Assembly (NCBI GenBank): GCA_964625535.1
Contig: CAZVEX010000001.1
Coordinates: forward strand, 64,295 to 128,294
DNA from: an uncultured Gammaproteobacteria bacterium
GTDB lineage: Bacteria; Patescibacteriota; Microgenomatia; Daviesbacterales; UBA10151
DNA length: 64,000 nucleotides
Reading direction: 5' to 3'
Shown: one piece after another, positions 62,048 to 64,000 of the stretch
How positions within the stretch are numbered: the stretch's first letter is position 1
Layout of the letters: each line of letters begins with the position of its first letter
Notes under the pieces: generated by a model
The model's input: only the letters and a program-made list of their open reading frames with translations
Told to the model about the DNA's origin: nothing
The model's database searches: none
Translations under genes and position numbers: made by a program

Positions 62048-64000
62048 AAAAATTTCTGCCGCCAGTAATTTTTTTGATAATATCCGCAGGAGTAACTTTT
62101 AGCTGGTTTAGACACGGCTTGATCTATGGAGGTGGTGATGTAGGATTACCCACCTATGATCCTGCAAGAATTTTCGAGATTGCGAGATTTGTCTGGTGGG
62201 ACGGGGCTGCTCCCGGCACGCCCGTACCCCACGGTTTAACTTCGGTTCCGGTTCAATTTGGACTGTCCATTTTACAACTTGTTGGTTTTTCACCCCTGTG
62301 GTTACAGGCCACACTATTTTTTTTGCTACTTTTTTTAATGGGATTTGGTATGTATCTGTTCGTAGTTTTAACTTTTGGAGGGAAGTTTCGTTACTTTGCC
62401 CTGGTTGCCGGGTTGTTTTATATGTTCAATCCCTACATGATGATTTCCGTTTGGCATCGGTTTGTCCACAATGCCATTTTTCTGGCAGCCACACTGCCCT
62501 ATTTGGTCATTTTTTGGATCGCCTGGCTTAAAAAGGGCAGCCTTAAATATTTGCTGTTTTTTTTAATCACTAACTTACTTGGTGTTTACCTTTACGGCTC
62601 TTTGGCGTTTATTGTGACCGTATGGCTTTTAATGTTTTTAATCACATTGGGCCTGGGGATTTTCCCTTGGCAGGGTATTAAAAATCTGACAAAAATTTTT
62701 AGCCTTTTTCTGATTGGTTTGTTTTGCTTTGTGCTGACCAATGCTTGGTGGCTGGTGCCCACCTTTACTGTCGGGCCGGGACTTTTTTCCAAACAACATA
62801 GCCTTGAAGAAAATGTGGTGGGTTTAATCAGTTTAAGCAGACAGTCTATACTTCCCTTTACCCTTCAACTAATCAATCCATTTTATGTTATTAATCAGTC
62901 CGATTTTGGAAAAGCTCATAAACAGATACCTTTTTCCCTTATTCCCTGGTTAATCTTCGCTGTAGTGACGGTTGGGTTAGTAGCAGTGACCCGTTTGAAA
63001 GATAAGGTTTTTTGGGCCCCTGTTTTTTTAAGTATAGTGTTTTTAGCTAAGGGAGCTGCCGCTCCTTTTGAATTTATTTATTTGTGGGCGTTTACTAACT
63101 TTTTCCCCTTGGGAATAATTAGAAACCCCTTTGAAAAAATCGGTATCCTGCTGCCTTTTGTATCTTCGATATTGTTTGTGGTTGGTTTACAGATTTTATA
63201 TTTGAAGCTTAAAAGAATTTTTGATCATAAAGGCGCGGTGTTAATATTGATTTCCTTGATGCTTGTGATTTTGGTGTACGCTTGGCCAATGTTTTTGGGT
63301 AAAATTTTCGGACAACTGGATAATCCTTCTTTTGTGGAAGTTCCTCCCTATATCAGATCGGCCAGTGAATGGATCAAAATGCAGGGGAGGGAAGGAAGAA
63401 TCCTCCATCTTCCTCTATCAGTAACAGAGGATATCAGTTATAAGTGGCAGTGGGGATACCAGGGAGTTGAATCAAGCGATCTTTTCTTTAGTTCGTCTTC
63501 TGTAGCAAGGGGGTTTAATCTTCAGCCGGTAGATGATACTTTAAGTACCCTGTCGCTTTTTTTTAATAAGGCTTATGGAAAAAATTTAAAGCCGCTGGAG
63601 GAACTGATTGGAGCATTGAATATAAGATTCATCGTTTTACATAAAGATATTGACTGGAAGGGAAAAGAAATTTATAGCCCTGATGAGACAGAAAAATTTC
63701 TGGAGAATCTTCCCCTGGTTAAAAAGAAGGTCCGGTTTGGGGAACTTCTGATTTATGAGGTAAATGAAGAAGTTTATAGCGAGAAAGTGTCGGTTGCGCA
63801 AAATCTCGCATTTGTAACGCTCGGCAAAAATTTGAAAGTTTGGCCGTGGTTAGCAAAATCGGAGAACGGTGATATGGTTTCTCCAGCAGGTGACAGCCTT
63901 GATCAAGAACTCTTGGAGCAAGCCAGCATAGTAGTAGTTACCGCCAAAGAGCAGATGACCTTTTCCGAAGCGTCAAAAAGCGCCTTATTAAATAAAACTG
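62044..64000 (+). CDS. Giant membrane protein paralog C (3'-truncated by window end); not present in the supplied ORF track
   Basis: ATG 62044 opens a frame running to the window end: MKKFLPPVIFLIISAGVTFSWFRHGLIYGGGDVGLPTYDPARIFEIARFVWWDGAAPGTPVPHGLTSVPVQF ... IRNPFEKIGILLPFVSSILFVVG ... AWPMFLGKIFGQL, collinear with paralog B; listed ORFs 62108..62314(-) and 62196..62531(+) are shadow frames. Confidence 0.55.
   Translation, partial: MKKFLPPVIFLIISAGVTFSWFRHGLIYGGGDVGLPTYDPARIFEIARFVWWDGAAPGTPVPHGLTSVPVQFGLSILQLVGFSPLWLQATLFFLLLFLMGFGMYLFVVLTFGGKFRYFALVAGLFYMFNPYMMISVWHRFVHNAIFLAATLPYLVIFWIAWLKKGSLKYLLFFLITNLLGVYLYGSLAFIVTVWLLMFLITLGLGIFPWQGIKNLTKIFSLFLIGLFCFVLTNAWWLVPTFTVGPGLFSKQHSLEENVVGLISLSRQSILPFTLQLINPFYVINQSDFGKAHKQIPFSLIPWLIFAVVTVGLVAVTRLKDKVFWAPVFLSIVFLAKGAAAPFEFIYLWAFTNFFPLGIIRNPFEKIGILLPFVSSILFVVGLQILYLKLKRIFDHKGAVLILISLMLVILVYAWPMFLGKIFGQLDNPSFVEVPPYIRSASEWIKMQGREGRILHLPLSVTEDISYKWQWGYQGVESSDLFFSSSSVARGFNLQPVDDTLSTLSLFFNKAYGKNLKPLEELIGALNIRFIVLHKDIDWKGKEIYSPDETEKFLENLPLVKKKVRFGELLIYEVNEEVYSEKVSVAQNLAFVTLGKNLKVWPWLAKSENGDMVSPAGDSLDQELLEQASIVVVTAKEQMTFSEASKSALLNKT

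Noticed and set aside
62108-62531. ORF-track entries 62108..62314(-) and 62196..62531(+)
   Set aside because: They lie in alternative frames of the clearly homologous giant-membrane-protein paralog C (frame opening at ATG 62044) and translate to Arg/Cys-rich nonsense.
1-64000. CRISPR arrays, tRNA/rRNA genes, insertion sequences, integrases, toxin-antitoxin or defence systems
   Set aside because: No repeat-spacer arrays, no structured RNA-sized gaps (largest intergenic gap 268 bp), and no transposase/recombinase/nuclease-like proteins were seen; every sizeable ORF is glycan-related or a hydrolase.
51321-64000. Naming the giant paralogs definitively as AftD arabinofuranosyltransferases
   Set aside because: Resemblance is architectural only (huge polytopic N-terminus plus large C-terminal domain); I cannot verify family-specific motifs without an HMM search, so kept as DUF3367/AftD-like with low confidence.

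Overview
This AT-rich window (about one-third G+C by eye) is almost entirely protein-coding and tightly packed, with about 57 CDSs. Many neighbouring genes overlap by ATGA, TTGA or TAATG, and convergent gene ends overlap by up to 30 bp. I found no rRNA, tRNA, CRISPR array, transposase or integrase. Nearly every gene belongs to glycan biosynthesis, so the whole window reads as one surface-glycan or glycoconjugate supercluster. The compact, overlapping, low-GC architecture is consistent with an ultra-small (CPR-like) or other low-GC bacterium, but this is not established.

Main components:
- **Lipid-linked-sugar glycosylation block.** Five paralogous polytopic GT-C glycosyltransferases (PMT/ArnT-like, with a D/E-D-W motif in the first loop) are interleaved with three small DPM1/GtrB-like GT2 enzymes that would make polyprenyl-phosphate sugars.
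- **Giant membrane protein array.** A second tandem set of three very large membrane proteins (about 890 aa, about 1134 aa, and a truncated third; DUF3367/AftD-like?) carries long extracytoplasmic C-terminal domains. The set is interleaved with GT2, GT4 and methyltransferase genes.
- **Nucleotide-sugar routes.** At least four are present:
  - a CDP-glucose route to a 3,6-dideoxyhexose;
  - a WbpB/WbpD/WbpE-like route to 3-acetamido sugars, plus a UDP-sugar 6-dehydrogenase;
  - a GDP-fucose-synthase-like (ColC/Fcl-like) enzyme and two RmlD-like 4-reductases;
  - an activation module made of a SIS isomerase, an RPE-like epimerase, a fructokinase-like PfkB kinase, a fused nucleotidyltransferase/APH-like kinase and a KdsC/GmhB-like phosphatase.
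- **Glycosyltransferases and decoration.** About ten GT2/GT4 glycosyltransferases sit alongside a dense decoration toolkit: an O-carbamoyltransferase, a TylF-like O-methyltransferase, about six other SAM methyltransferases (two with N-terminal zinc ribbons, one fused to a GT2), and two acetyltransferases.
- **Compositional outliers.** A few minus-strand genes look richer in G+C by eye: a DUF218-like protein, an HD/HAD-like hydrolase fusion and a cupin.
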